A stretch of 64,000 nt of DNA, taken from positions 1-64,000 of the forward strand of contig RHPI01003578.1 of the NCBI GenBank assembly GCA_009103225.1. Reading direction: 5' to 3'. The stretch comes from Chlorokybus atmophyticus. Taxonomy: Eukaryota > Plantae > Mesostigma and Chlorokybus algae. The position numbers and the translations under genes were made by a program. This document shows positions 10,200-24,157 of this stretch, piece by piece (position 1 is the first letter of the stretch; each line of letters starts with the position of its first letter). The notes beneath the pieces are model-generated. The model did no database searches. It worked only from the letters and a program-made list of their open reading frames with translations, and was not told where the DNA came from.

Positions 10200-13100
10200 C
10201 ATGGAGCATACGGATGCAGATGCTACTCATGTATAAAGATCTATGGTCGGTGGTGGATCCCATGGAGCGCCCTCTCGATTTGGAGGATGCACCCACAAAG
10301 AAAAAGTCCAATCAGGCACTTGCGTTGATAGGATTGAATGTGGTATAGCATCACTTAGCGCTTGTTGCACGTTGTAAGTCTGTTAGAGAATTGTGGCAGA
10401 AGTTTTTTAAGGTTTACAAGGCTACAAACAATGCTAGGAAGTTGCAGTTGCGGAAGCAGTGGTATGCTTTGAGAAAGGATGCTGCTGAACCTGTCATAAA
10501 GTTCATCTCACGAGCCAGGCAGCTGTGGGACGACTTGCTTGCCATTGGACATGAAGTGAAGGAGGTGGAGGTGGTCTGGGTCATTCTTGCTGGCTTACGC
10601 AAGGAGTTCGAGATGACTGTCACCATTATGGAGTCAACCAGTGAGGATCTCACCCTCGTGACCATCACCCCACGCCTACTTCAAGTCGAGCAACGCGCAT
10701 CCACTTCACGCTAGGATGAGGCTGAAGATGTGGTATTCGCAACACAATCCAATCCACGTTTCAACAACAACAATGGTGGTGGGAAACAAGAGACGCGTAA
10801 CTGCCACTACTGCGACAAGAAGGACTGTCGAAAGTTGAAGCGCGATCAGCAACAGAAACAAGGTTATGATGGGCATGCTGTAGCACTTGCTGCTAGCACT
10901 ACTACTATTGAGAGCGCTTGGTTGTTGGATTCTGCGTGCACCCAGCATATGACCCCACACAGACATGAGTTCCAGGAATATCATGCTCTGAGCGATGCTG
11001 CTGCTATAAAAGTGAGCTTTGGCAACAAGCTGCACTTGCAAGCTGTGGGAGTGGGCACCGTCATTCGACACACAAAGGTGGCGGGCGCTACACAACAAGT
11101 GGCCCTACAGGAGGTAATCCATGTGCCAGATTTAGCCTCCAGCCTGTTTTTTGTTCGAAGAGCTACAAGCGCGGGCGCCAAAGTTGACTTCACTGCTGCG
11201 AAGTGTCAAGTCAAGGTAAAAACATCACTATTGTGGAGGGCACACTGCTAGGAAGTCTGTATTGCATTAAACTGAACCGGCAGCATGCGATGTCTGCGGC
11301 AATAACTGCATCAGCAACAGCACTTGTATGGCATCGGCGATTCGGGCATCTTGGGTGGGACAACATGGCAAGATTGATGGCTGAAGGCATGGTAATTGGG
11401 ATCAACATACAAGTGGAGGACATGAAAGCAGCAAAAGGTGATCTGTGCGAGACGTGTGTGTTGAGCAAGATGCCTAAGCAAGCCTTTCCCAATTCTTCCC
11501 GCATCAGTATAGCACCCTTGCAGCTTGTACACATGGACGTGTGCGGACCCATGCCAGTTGCATCTGTAGGAAGAAGTTGGTACGTTGCCACTTTCTTAGA
11601 TGACTTCAGCAAGCTATCTGCCATTGTACCTGTTGCTACGAAATCAGATGTTGCTGCTATAGTCAAGAGGACTCTCACTAAACTGGCTACACAAGCAAAG
11701 ACAAAGGTGTTGGCATTGAGAAGTGATCGGGGCGCTGAATACCTCAACCACACCTAGAAGAGCTACCTGGAAGAGCACGGTATCAAGCATGAGACCATTG
11801 CACCTTATACCCCTGAGCAAAACGATGCTGCTGAGCGTCTCGACCGCACACTTGTGGAGCGTGTGCGTGCCATGCTTACAGATGCAAAGCTGAAGAAAGC
11901 TTTATGGGCTGAGGCATTTGTCACGGCCAACTCCATCCGTAACAGGTCACCTACGAGCAACAAAGCCAAGACCCCGTGGGAGTTGTTTCATGGTGAGAAG
12001 CCCGATATTACGCACATGTGTGTACTTGGAGCCAAGGCATATCCGCACATCCCTAAGCACTTGAGGAGGAAGCTGGAGAATGTGAGGGAGACAGGCGTCT
12101 TTGTAGGATATGAGCCCAACTCCAGGGCATACAGGATCTTGCATGAGGACGACAAATTATGGTTCGAAGGGATGTTGTCTTCGACGAGAAGATGGTGGCA
12201 ACAACATTGACAACACCTTCACCAGTTATGGACATTGACATTGCCGATGGGCCGGAGGTCGTCGTCGTACCACTTGTCAATATGGAGGTCCCTGTCAATG
12301 CGCCACACCTCGAGGAGGAAGTGATTGCACCTGTTGAAGAGCAGGAGAGGCGCTACCCTCTACGAACAAGAGCGCCACCACACTTCACCCAAAGGTTTCA
12401 GGCTATGAGCGCTGACATCATTGAGGAGAAAGAGCCGAGCACCTACCGTGAGGCCATCACAGCTCCGGATGCAGAGTTGTGGCGTAATGCCATGGATGAG
12501 AAGATTGCTTCGCTTCACGCCAATAAGACTTGGGCACTTGAGCAGGTTCCACAAGGTGTGAAGCCTATACCTGTCAAGTGGGTGTTCAAGATCAAGTGTG
12601 ACGGCAAGGGCAACATTGAGCGTTACAAGGCGCGACTTGTGGCTAAGGGATTCCTTCAATAGGAGGGAGTTGACTACAAGGAAGTATTTGCACCTGTCAG
12701 GAAGCACACAACTTTTAGAGCATTGCTCGCCAAGGTTGCTGTGGAGGACTTGGAGCTGCATCACCTAGATGTAAAGACTGCCTTCCTCTATGGAGAGTTG
12801 GAGGAACAAATCTTCGTGCAGCAACCTCAAGGGTACGAAGAGGGAGACACAGGCAAGGCATGCTTGTTACATAAGCCTTTGTATGGGCTTAGACAGGCAC
12901 CACGTGTCTGGCACATTCGACTCTGTAATGCCGGTTAATGTGGAATAGGCTAAGAAGGGCTTATGAAGCATTAATAAGCAATACACAACCTCTCATGGTA
13001 GCGACTTTTGCTACCATGGCTTAATCGGCTAAGCCCCGCATTACAGACTCTCAAAGAGCTAGAGAAGATGGGCGTACAGCAGTCTGCAGCAAACCCCGGG

Positions 13101-14446
13101 CTCTTCATCAATGAGAACGGACCAGTCTGGCTACTTGTGTACGTTGACGACATATCCTGGCATTTGCGGATATTGCTGCAATGACCCGAATCAAAGTGAC
13201 ACTGCATTTTGCGTTCGAAATTCGCGATCTTAAAGATGCACACTTGTTCCTCGGTATAGTCATCACCAGGAACAGAGATGCAAAGACCATTAAGATCACA
13301 CAGAAGCAGATGGTGCTGGACTTACTCAAGAAGTTTAAGGTACAGTATGCAAAGGGCAAGGCAACACCACTGAGCGTGGGAGTACAGCTACTCAAGGCAC
13401 GGGACACTACTTTTATACTCGACAAGACTATCCACCTCTACGGTGAGCTAGTAGGAAGTCTCATCTACTTGTCTATTGCTACAAGACCTGACATCGCGCA
13501 AGCCGTGGGAGTCTTGGCGAGGTACATGTTAGCACCCATCATGGAGCACTAGAAGGCGGCAAAAGGAGTTCTTCGCTACCTTGGCAGCACGGCGAACATG
13601 GGTATCATCTTTGGAAAGACGAAAGACATCACACTACATGGCTACTGTGATGCAGACTATGCTGGAGACCTCGACACGAGGAGGTCTACCACAGGTTACA
13701 CTTTCTCGATGGGAGGAGGCGTCATCAGCTGAAACAGTCGACTAAAACCGACTGTTGCTGCGTCCACTATTGAGGCCGAGTACATGGCGGCTTCATCTGC
13801 GATGAAGGAAGCACTGTGGCTTCGCAAGTTGATCACCGACCTTGGGCATGCAACGAGCTGTGTCACCAGTTTATGTGACAACCAAGGAGCACTCAAGCTT
13901 GGCATGCACCCCATCACATCCGCCAGGTCGAAGCATATTGACATCATGCCACATTTGGTGAGAGAGAGAGTTGCACATGGGGAAGTGGAGTTCAAGTACT
14001 GCAGCACTGAGGACATGCTCGCTGACTGCATGACAAAACCACTACCACCAACCAAGTTCCATACGTGCTGCATGGAGCTAGGAGTTAAAGGTAAGTTGCT
14101 CGCGTGGGAGTGTTAAAGGTACGCATGTAGGTGGCGCCTTAGCTAAACTTCTACGATCAACTTATCTTCGGGAGTTATGAAAGTCATGGTCAACGGCCGT
14201 TGCGGGAGTTACGGGAGTTACAGTCAAACTTGGTCAATGTTGACTTTGACCATTGACTTTGACTTTAACTAGTGTTGACTAGTGTTGACTTTGACAGAGA
14301 CTGACTAGTGTTGACTAGTGTTGACTAGCACTCACTAGTGTACTATATAAGACACTGTCTGTTGTGTAATACAATAAGATCCGCTCTTCACTTGTTGGCG
14401 CCACACTTGTGCGTGTGCGTTGTTGCTACTATGCAATCTCTCAATA
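10200..14446 (+). mobile_element. Decayed Ty1/Copia element (family C): gag-pol body and 3' LTR (14111-14446); its 5' end lies inverted at 31658-32115
   Basis: Gag, PR (WLLDSAC), IN (WHRRFGH, DRGAEY), RT ([13 protein letters not shown]) and RH motifs with stops and frameshifts; PPT GCGTGGGAG; TSD CACTT at 14447-14451. Confidence 0.92.
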
Positions 14447-16402
14447 CACTTGTCCTTGGTGTGTGCACACTTGTATGTAAGAGGCAAACACACACACACT
14501 AGGCGCATCACTAGTTTTGAACAGGTTATGGGCCCACACTCGCTTGTGTAATTGCTTGTGCTAGTGAGTAAAAGTGTTGAGCATAGGCACCTACTAGTAG
14601 AGTGTTCTTTGGGAGAGGGTGAGTTGTACTATTGTGTAGCAAGCAATGGCTGACACAGATAGGATGCCCATTGAGTCCCTTGATCTGCACAACTACGCTT
14701 CATGGTCGCTGAAGATGAAGTTGGTGCTCATCCGCAAGAAGCTCTGGAGTTTTGTCGACCCCACCTCCTCCACATCATTGCGGCCAAGAACAGGTGACAC
14801 TGGTGCGTGGACCGAGAACTCGCAATCAGCTGTCGCGCTGATAGGCTTGCACGTCAAAGACTTCCATCTCCCTCTTATTGCGGATGCAAGACTGGACGTT
14901 AGGTGCGGGAGGTCTTCGACACCCTCTCCATGGCCAATAGCGACTCGCGCAAGTTGCAGCTGAGACGCAAGCTGACACTTCGAAAGATGGAGCACAAAGA
15001 GCCAATTCAGAAGTAGTCTCGCGTGCAAGGGAGCTTTGGCAAGACCTTGCAGCAGTGGGCCACAATGTGAAGGAAAAGGAGGTGATATGGGCAGTCTTAG
15101 CTGGCTTAGGAAAGAGCTTTGCTACACTAGTGACTGTGTTGGAGTCCTCCAATGTGGTTTTGAAGTTTGCTGATGTAGTGCCAAAGCTGCTAGCTGTGGA
15201 AGGCAAGTTGGATGTTCAGGAGATACAGAATGGTGGAGAACATATCGCACTTGCTACCTCATCTTTTCAACACACACGCAGCAGGAGCAAAGCAGGTGGT
15301 GGGAAGCCATCACGTGACCAAGAGTGTCACTGCTGCAAGATGAAGGGCCACTTTTTCGCGAGTGCCAGAAGAGGATCTACGATGAGGCAACCAAGGAGAA
15401 GCACGCCACAATGGCGATTGCTTTTTAGCATTGGTGAGGACCTCAAGAAGTTGCAGTGGATGGTGTTCGTCCATCCTCTCCCACTGCAAGGGCGCGTGAA
15501 GGACATGCGTAGACGGAGGTCGCAGACACAAAGGTCTGTGAGAGTTACTACTAGCCTATGAGTAGTGGCTGGTGTTGAGCTGCATACATAGAGGTTGCAT
15601 TGCGGTGGAATTGTTTTTGATAGCACACAGGTGTGCGGTGCTGGTTAGAACACTTCACTTGATTGGCATGCAAGGACTGAGTTGTATAGCTAGCTAACAG
15701 GAGATGGGAGGGGTGCTTTCCTTGGTAGAAGGGTCTAATCAACCCTTGCACGGCCTACACTCTGGCATAGCATTGCTAAGGTAGAAAACTCGGTGTAGTT
15801 TATAGCATATTTTGCCGTTGAGGGAGTCTTTGAAACCACCTGAGCAAGGTCAGGCGTGGTGGAACCTGATGCGACAACTATGAGGAGGAAACAAGGAGTA
15901 TTGGAAGCTGTAGTTCTGCTGGCAGCATAAGGAGAAGGATGGTGTCATGCAGACAAGCATTAAGTCCGTGGGAGCAACACATCCGTGGGAGTGTTCATTA
16001 GAGTAGGTTAATGTGGGTAAGCTTGCGAGAAAAACTTGGAGTTCAAGGTCAAGCTGCTCGCGTGGGAGTGTTAAATGTTATAGCTTGTTGAAAGTACATG
16101 TATAGGCGCCTACATGTAGTTGGTGCGATCAGCTCAACCTTTATAGTTACGGGAGTTACGAGAGGTACGGGAGTTGCGAGAGTTATGGTCAACCATGATC
16201 AACTTTGACTTTGACCGTTGACTTTGACCAGAGTTAACTAGTGCTTAGTAGCATAGTATATAAGACACTGTATATTGCTTGGTACAGTGGATCGCACATT
16301 GTCCCTATAGTTGGCGTGCTTGCTGCACTTGTCCTTAGTGTGTGCACACTTGTATGTAAGAGGCAAATCCACACACACTAGGCGCATCATTAGTTCTCAA
16401 CA
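14447..16402 (+). mobile_element. Gag-only non-autonomous Copia-type LTR element (family A, TR-GAG-like), copy 1; its 5' LTR was interrupted by Copia C
   Basis: LTR tail 14447-14523; PBS GGTTATGGGCCCAC at 14524; decayed gag from 14646 (IESLDLHNYASW..CHCCKMKGH); no pol; PPT; 3' LTR 16069-16402; flank GCCGC at 16403-16407. Confidence 0.9.
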
Positions 16403-18243
16403 GCCGCCGCCGCTCTGGCGCCACCGTTAAGGCAACAGATGCACGCCAATAGTCGAATGGCTGTTAAGTAAGCATACATCAACATGCTTTACCAAAAGCG
16501 GCTATATATGTATAAATTTGATATAGTACAATATTATGCTTGAAAGGATCTTCTCAATGTGATCGACGGCGTCAATTTAACCGGGCATGTGTCAGCAGAA
16601 GCGGGCGCGAAGCTATGTGTGCAATGTTTGTACTGTTTTCTCCCCAACGAAATTCACTACCTGACCACGCTAAAAACATGACAATTGTCTTTGATTAGGG
16701 GCCCCCGATGCAGGGTTTTCGGGGGGCCCTCATCACACAAAAGCACATTCGGGCCCGAACGTGCTTCTCGCTCCCCCCCCCCCCCCCCCCCCCCCCNAAG
16801 TGAATAACCATAGCAAGGGGGGAGTTACTTGACGGGGGTAGTATATCTGCGCGGCGTTACACTGCATCGCGTCATATACGCAATGTAGCTTAACTATGCG
16901 TCGTATTTTGCGCCAACCGGTTGGCGGTATGCGTTAAACACGACGGAAACAGGCTGTGGAGGGGGCGGAGGCAACATTGGTGGCGGCAGTGGTGGCGGTG
17001 GCAATGCCACGGTGACAGTCGTTCCACTAGTGCTCTAAACAACCTATTTGATGTGTATTCATACACGCCTTCACCCTGCAATACACCTCCCCACCCACTC
17101 CGGGGGTGTATTAAGGTAGGGGGGGGGGGGGGGGGNNNNNNNNNNNNNNNNNNNNNNNNNNGGGGGGGATAGGGTTAGATTTGACCAAATACGGTAAGCC
17201 ACCTAATGTGCGTTATAAGGCACATGTTCAATAGAATTAGCCCAAGACTTGTAGGGCAGTCAGAGTTCATTAAAGCCCTCCAGCACACATAAACTCCCTT
17301 GATTGACCATGTATTACGTCATTGCCGGTTTTGCCGTTTTAGCAATCATGTGTTTTGCGGAAACCATCACCGATATTTTTAAGACCCCATTCTTTTTACA
17401 ATCAACGCTATGAAAATTCAGACCATTTGCCTTTTCACGTATTTATTGCATGAATATTCATGCGCTTCTTTATATGCCGTACGATCCCTATCGAACCGGA
17501 ATCGCGTTATTTAAGTATGATTAAAGTACTTATTTACTGCCGTTGGTAAAGTTCATTAGCGTTGCGCAAATCTACAATAGTGCCGTGAAGATAGCGGTTG
17601 TAGTATGCGTTGCATTGGTACATAGCTACACATTTAGATACCATAAATACTCAACTACACTTTATATATTCACAATGAAAAGCCTTGAAGAATCTCCATA
17701 TTTGAGTCTGGTTGAATTGATGACTTTGTATAATGCTATTGCCGTTGCATTTCCAAAAAATCATCAATAGCGGCATGAATATAGCATGCAACAAAAGGCT
17801 GGATCAGCTTTAAGATGTTAACGCACCGCACCAGGCCAGCGGCATGGCCTTGTCTGACGACCAGCTGGGCGCATCCTGTTCGGAGCACCAGGCCAAGCGC
17901 TTGGCCTGATTATTGTGGCATGGTGGCGTGCAGCGACGGCAAGGCCACGCAGGCTGGCCAGGCCTAGCCGCCGGACCAGCGCCGCTGCTCCAGCTGCGCT
18001 TAACCTGGCCTCATGAGGCCTAGCTGGTTGCAACCAGATCAGTCGCTTTGCTTCAACAGCAAAGCGACTGACCTAGTGCCCAACAGGCGGTATTGCTTTG
18101 CTGGCGAAGCAAAGCGTTGCCGCCTGTCGTGCGCAGCACTTGGAGGGCTGAGGGGGTGGGCGTAAGAGGGGGAGGCAGGGGAATTGTACATCTCTACAGG
18201 GGAAGTAGGAGAGCGAGTTCGTTCGGTAGGTGGTTCACAGTGC

Positions 18244-18246
<3 letters not shown>

Positions 18247-18307
<61 letters not shown>

Positions 18308-18533
18308 NNNNNNNNNNNNNNNNNNNNNNNNNNNNNNNNNNNNNNNNNNNNNNNNNNNNNNNNNNNNNNNNNNNNNNNNNNNNNNNNNNNNNNNNNNNNN
18401 NNNNNNNNNNNNNNNNNNNNNNNNNNNNNNNNNNNNNNNNNNNNNNNNNNNNNNNNNNNNNNNNNNNNNNNNNNNNNNNNNNNNNNNNNNNNNNNNNNNN
18501 NNNNNNNNNNNNNNNNNNNNNNNNNNNNNNNNN

Positions 18534-18603
<70 letters not shown>

Positions 18604-18824
18604 CGCGCGAAAGTGACTACATGAATGTGTGTGTACAATCACTCGCGCGCATGCATGCACTATACACATGAGCATGTACACGCATACACCACATTGTGTG
18701 ATTTCGCGTGTTTTAACATAAAATAATGAAGTTACGCTGTGACATGCTACGCTAATTATTTAAAATCATAATATGCGTATATATATATATATATATGTGT
18801 ATATATATATATATGTGTATATAT

Positions 18825-18858
<34 letters not shown>

Positions 18859-18860
18859 AC
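18247..18860. repeat. Microsatellite block: (CT)n spanning an N gap, (CG)n, (TA/TG)n
   Basis: Direct inspection. Confidence 0.95.
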
Positions 18861-18912
18861 ACAGCTTGCCATGCAAGCTAGTGACATGTAGCTTCACAAT
18901 CAACATGCAAGC

Positions 18913-19530
18913 TGTTGAGAACTAGTGATGCGCCTAGCGTGTGTGTATTTGCCTCTTGCATACAAGTGTGCTGACACTAAGGACAAGTGCAGCAAGCACG
19001 CCAACTATAGAGACAATGTGCGATCCATTGTATTAAGCAATGCAGTGTCTTATATACTATGCTACTAAGCACTAGTCAACTCTAGTCAACTCTGGTCAAA
19101 GTCAACACTAGGCGACACTAGTCAATGGTCAAAGTCAATGGTCAAAGTCAAAGTTGATCATAGTTGACCATAACTGCCGTAACTCCCTTAACTCCCGTAA
19201 CTATAAAGGTTAAGCTGATTGTACCAACTACATGTAGGCGCCGCATATACATGTACTTTCAACAAGCTATAACATCTAACACTCCCACGCGAGCAGCTTG
19301 ACCTTGAACTCCAAATTCTTCTCGCAAGCTTACCCACATTAACTTACTCCATTGAACACTCCCACGGATGTATTTTGTTGAAGATTAAGCATATGAGGTT
19401 TGCTAGTATAGTCTAGGCGCATACATGCACACTAGTTCTTAACAGCTTATGGGCCCACACATGCTTAAAGTGTAAGTGTGTTGTGGTCGTGTAGGAAGTT
19501 GGGGTTGCTTAAGGGGAGTAGGTTGCGGGC
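18913..19530 (-). mobile_element. Truncated second copy of the A/B chimeric element: family A LTR 18913-19281, A 3' internal segment, inverted 69-bp family B mini-LTR 19376-19444 with PBS
   Basis: Same junction order and sequence as 36745-37330 but a different flank (CAAGC vs ACAGC). Confidence 0.85.
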
Positions 19531-20331
19531 AAAGCGTTGGATGTGATGATATGTACCCGCCAACTGCCCAGCGACGGCTCTTCACTGTCACATACATGTA
19601 TGAGCAGCAGCTGGCAGACACATACTACCGCGGCGGTCAAAAAATGGCAACAAGACGGCCCTGGATCGATGGATTTCAGAGGGCCTTAATAGAATGTTAG
19701 GGCGTGCTTTGAAACGGCGCAACGCAATGAGGGAAGAGGCAATGGATCCTAGCATGGCTGATTACTGAAAGAAACTCTCAACACCCTGCCACCTTACACA
19801 CTGGCAAATGCTGTTTTGTGGGTGTTGAATCTGGCTCAGCATTGCGCTGCATACGCCCCAGCTAAAAAAGCTCGCGAAATGGGGGGCGACTTTGAGTGAG
19901 CTCAAAGTAGCTCTGGCTCAGCTCGCCGCGCAATAAGGCAGTCATTCTCCGATCCGTCTACCCCTCCGACCTCTTCAATATGCGGCTCCTGCCAGTAACA
20001 CCTAAAGAGGTCGCAATGCGGCAAAGCTTCGAGCACTCCGTCAATAGGTATGATGTCTCGCCATACGGGCAGTGGAAGCCATCATCGCCGAGGGGGGCAC
20101 ACCCACGACGGAACGTGCCCTGCATTAGCAGTTTTTTGACCGCCTAAAATAGCGCTCGCAAGATGCAACCTGGCCTCAAGCATGGCCTTCACCGACCAAT
20201 GTGACAATGTGGGCACAATAGACTCACAACGCCATCAAATAGAACCCAACCCTTGCTTACTCCGTACGCCTTCTTGCCGGGTGAGGATCACAAACGCCTG
20301 AATGACGCAATTCTTAAACATGTGCACGCGC

Positions 20332-23300
20332 TGTAACGGGAGCAATAATAATAGGGGTATTATTGCTACCTGAATAACACATTTTGTATGAATAAGTATT
20401 TAAATATGCTTATTTATACCTCTTTTCTACGGTTCCTCGCTTATTAAAGGCTATGATGCTTTATCATAGCTTAAATAAGTCCCAATGGGTGTAGAACCGC
20501 TTATTCAAGCCTATTTAGTGTCACATTCGATATAATGTGATCACTATCTCGTTAGGTACCTTATGATAGGTATCTTTGGATAGGTACCTTATCGATAGGT
20601 ACCTTATCTGAGCTGTGATTGGCTCACGCTAGATTTCCTAACTACCCTATCTGTAGGGTCGATATCTAGTTGTGAGTTAATTATCGAGAGTTATATAGTT
20701 GATATACTCTTGATATAAAAGGTCACATCAATCTGATGTGGGGACTTTCAGTTATCTGCTCAGTGGCGGCCACGCCGCTGAAAGGCTTGTCATAGGCGGT
20801 GTGGGTATTGGGGTAGAGGATTGAAGGGGCATCACCGGCGACGGTGGTGCTGTTACATTGGTATCGGAGCGCTGGGGGGTGACGTGGGTACTTATAGGGG
20901 GCGGCGACCTGCTTTCGGCCAATCAGAAGCGTCGGCGGCGGCCTCCTATTCGTCCACGCAGCCCAAGCTTCAAGTTCGCTTCCCTGCGCTACCTCCACGT
21001 TGAAGCCACCTATCAAAGAGGCGGCCTCTCCACGTTGAGGTACCATCACACGTCGGTGACTTGCCTGCTTGCCTGCTTGTCAGCTGCTTGCCAGGTGCTT
21101 GCCAAGTGCACGTGTGTACTTTCATGCACATCACACAGTGGCTTGCCAGTGCACTATCATTGCTTGCAGTAATTGCCTGTCATTGCATGCGGTGATTGCG
21201 GCTTGCTAGTGTGCCATCACTGTTTGTCACACTTAGTGCACTGTCATTGCTTGCAGTGATTGCCTGTCATTGCATGCGGTGATTGCTTGTCATTGTGCTT
21301 GCCAGTGCATGTCACAGTTAGTCACCGTGCGGCTTGCCTGTTGCATGCCTGTGGCTTGCCTGTTGCATGCCTGTGACGTACCTGTGACCTGCCAGCGGCT
21401 TTGCCGGGTCGTTTGACCCGGGTCCGTAAGTTTCAAACCAAACTGTTCCCAAACCCTCCCCCTCTGGCTTCGGCCTGGAGATCGGGACTTGGTTAGGACA
21501 GTTGTGGGGAGGTTCTAGGACAATCTGTTCCCAAACCCTGTTAGTCTGAAACCCTCCCCCTCTGGCTTCGGCCTGGAGATTGGGACTTGGTTGAGGACAA
21601 CACAGGGTTAGGACATTCTGGTCCCACTCAGACTTGTTCTGTTTGGTGACACTCCAGATCCAACCTTTCCTATTTTGGGACTGGTTTGGACTCTGTTTGG
21701 GACTTTTACAACTTGGGGTCATTTTGATCCTCTCGTTAAACCTGGTCCATTGGTGAGGTTCTCACCATCCCATTCTGCCTGTTTTGCAGGCAAATGGAAG
21801 AAAACTCGGTGCCCACCTCAAAAGGGGAGAGCTCAGAAAAAGAGCAACTTTCCCGTGAGGAGGAATTTCCATCCATGGAAGATATTCCGAATCCGGATGA
21901 TGCACCTGATGAGTCTCAAGCTGCTAAAGCTGCGGAAGCTTCAGTGGATGATAGATCACCTTCTATATTCCCTGAGTTTTCTATTCGCACGACACAGCAG
22001 GACTTGCTGCAGCATTTCCTTAGCACCTATGATCAGGACCCTCGTGAGGCAATTGTCTCATTCGTGAACTTTCTCTTCCTATTGGCAGAAAAAGTTTCAA
22101 AGCTCACCACCTTTATGGGGCGAGATTGGGAGGGGCAGATGGGTGAAGGCAAACGTGTTCTGAATATGATCGAGCGTCTGCAGCGTGCTGACGGTGGTCC
22201 ACCTGTTCAAGCACTTGCTCGTCCTGCCGAGTTTGTTCCCAACAAGCAAGCGGCCATCTTCGACTGGCTTGTGAAGTTGCGACACTATGTCAACTCCCTT
22301 CACATTTCTGAGGAGGGGAAATTGCGTGTAGCTGAGTTGCTGATCCCAAACGATGCTTTGGCAGAATGGTACCGCCGTAAGCAACGGGATACCAACCTCG
22401 GGCGGGAAGTAAATCAGTTGTGCTTTTTCATGGAGCAGCGATATGGTGGCGCAGATCCTGCCCAGGTTGCTCGCAACCAGCTGCACAACCTGCGTCAGAA
22501 CGGGCGTCCGGTTCAGCAGTATATCCAGGATTTTCAGTCGTTTGTCAGCAAGATCAATGCTGGCAAACTACCTATCAGTGATGCTGATCAGCTGGATATG
22601 TTCAGGCGTGAACTTGTCACAGATCGTGATCCTCGTTTTGTCTCCAAGTTTTGGCGAGAAGTCTGTGAATTGTTGGGGGTAACAAAGCATGTCGACTGCT
22701 TTCCACCCGCAAACGGACGGTCAAACTGAGCGAGCAAATCAAATACTGGAAGAAATGCTTCGCCACTATGTGGCTCCTAATCATGCTGATTGGGACAGGT
22801 ACTTGCCAATGGCAGAGTTCGCTGTGATCAACGCGTGGCAAGAAAGTGTAAAGGAAACCCCATTTTTCTTAAATTATGGGATTCGCCCAAACACACCAGC
22901 GTCATTGCGTGTACCTCGCAATGCCCTGACTGTGCCAGCGGCAAAGGAATTTGCCACTAATATGCAAGAAAATTTGGCTCGAGCCAAGCTGTGTCTGTCA
23001 GAAGCACAGGACAGACAAAAAGCTTATGCTGATACACATCAAAAAATGGCCACTTTCGATGTCAGCGATAAAGTTTTGCTTAATGCAAAAAACATAACCA
23101 TCAAAGGTACGGGTGCTCGCAAGTTGCTGCCCCGATGGTTAGGTCCTTTCTCTAGCATTGATAGAGTTGGTACGCACGCTTATCGACTGCAATTGCCCCC
23201 AAGTGTGCGTATACACAACGTGTTTCATGTAAACTTGTTGAAACCTTACCGCTCAGACGGTAGAACACAGCCTCCACCACCGCCAATTGAGGTGGACAGC

Positions 23301-24157
23301 GAGCTCGAATACGAGGTGGAAGCTATATTGAACCATAAGCTAAATGGTCGAGGACGCGCAACTCGCTATTTGGTGAAATGGAAAGGGTATGGCCCGGAAC
23401 ATAACAGTTGGGAGCCCGACAGGCATCTTACGCACTGCCGCGAGTTGCTTCGAGCTTATTGGGATTCATGTCCTGTCCCATAAACTGTGGGCTTGGTTTT
23501 TATGACAGACTGGCAGTGCAGTTTCATTACCACCCTGTCATTTCCTGCTATCTCACTGGTTACAATTACTCGAAATCAAGCCTGATCAACTTGAGTTCAA
23601 CGAGGACGTTGAAAACCTAAGTGGGGGGGAATGTAACGGGAGCAATAATAATAGGGGTATTATTGCTACCTGAATAACACATTTTGTATGAATAAGTATT
23701 TAAATATGCTTATTTATACCTCTTTTCTACGGTTCCTCGCTTATTACAGGCTATGATGCTTTATCATAGCTTAAATAAGTCCCAATGGGTGTAGAACCGC
23801 TTATTCAAGCCTATTTAGTGTCACATTCAATATAATGTGATCACTATCTCGTTAGGTACCTTACGATAGGTATCTTTGGATAGGTACCTTATCGATAGGT
23901 ACCTTATCTGAGCTGTGATTGGCTCACGCTAGATTTCCTAACTACCCTATCTGTAGGGTCGATATCTAGTTGTGAGTTAATTATCGAGAGTTATATAGTT
24001 GATATACTCTTGATATAAAAGGTCACATCAATCTGATGTGGGGACTTTCAGTTCTCTGCTCAGTGGCGGCCACGCCGCTGAAAGGCTTGTCATAGGCGGT
24101 GTGGGTATTGGGGTAGAGGATTGAAGGGGCATCACCGGCGACGGTGGTGCTGTTACA
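20332..24157 (+). mobile_element. Chromoviral Ty3/Gypsy internal-deletion derivative (gag joined to integrase core/C-terminus and chromodomain)
   Basis: 526-bp LTRs at 20332-20857 and 23632-24157 (4 differences); TSD CGCGC; PBS TGGTATCGGAGC; PPT AAGTGGGGGGGAA; VTDRDPRF..MSTAFHPQTDGQTER; chromodomain EYEVEAIL..YLVKWKGY..SWEP at ~23307-23462; no PR/RT/RH. Confidence 0.95.

Noticed and set aside
11211-11753. Long antisense ORFs over gag/pol (also 12360-12764, 45461-46003, 58207-58716, 63033-63650)
   Set aside because: Shadow frames of recognisable sense-strand TE proteins, with no independent motifs.
18039-18681. ORFs of 130-200 aa over (CT)n and the N gap; similar ORFs over poly-G/N at 56206-56928 and CA-repeats at 32682-33114
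   Set aside because: Artefacts of microsatellites and gaps.
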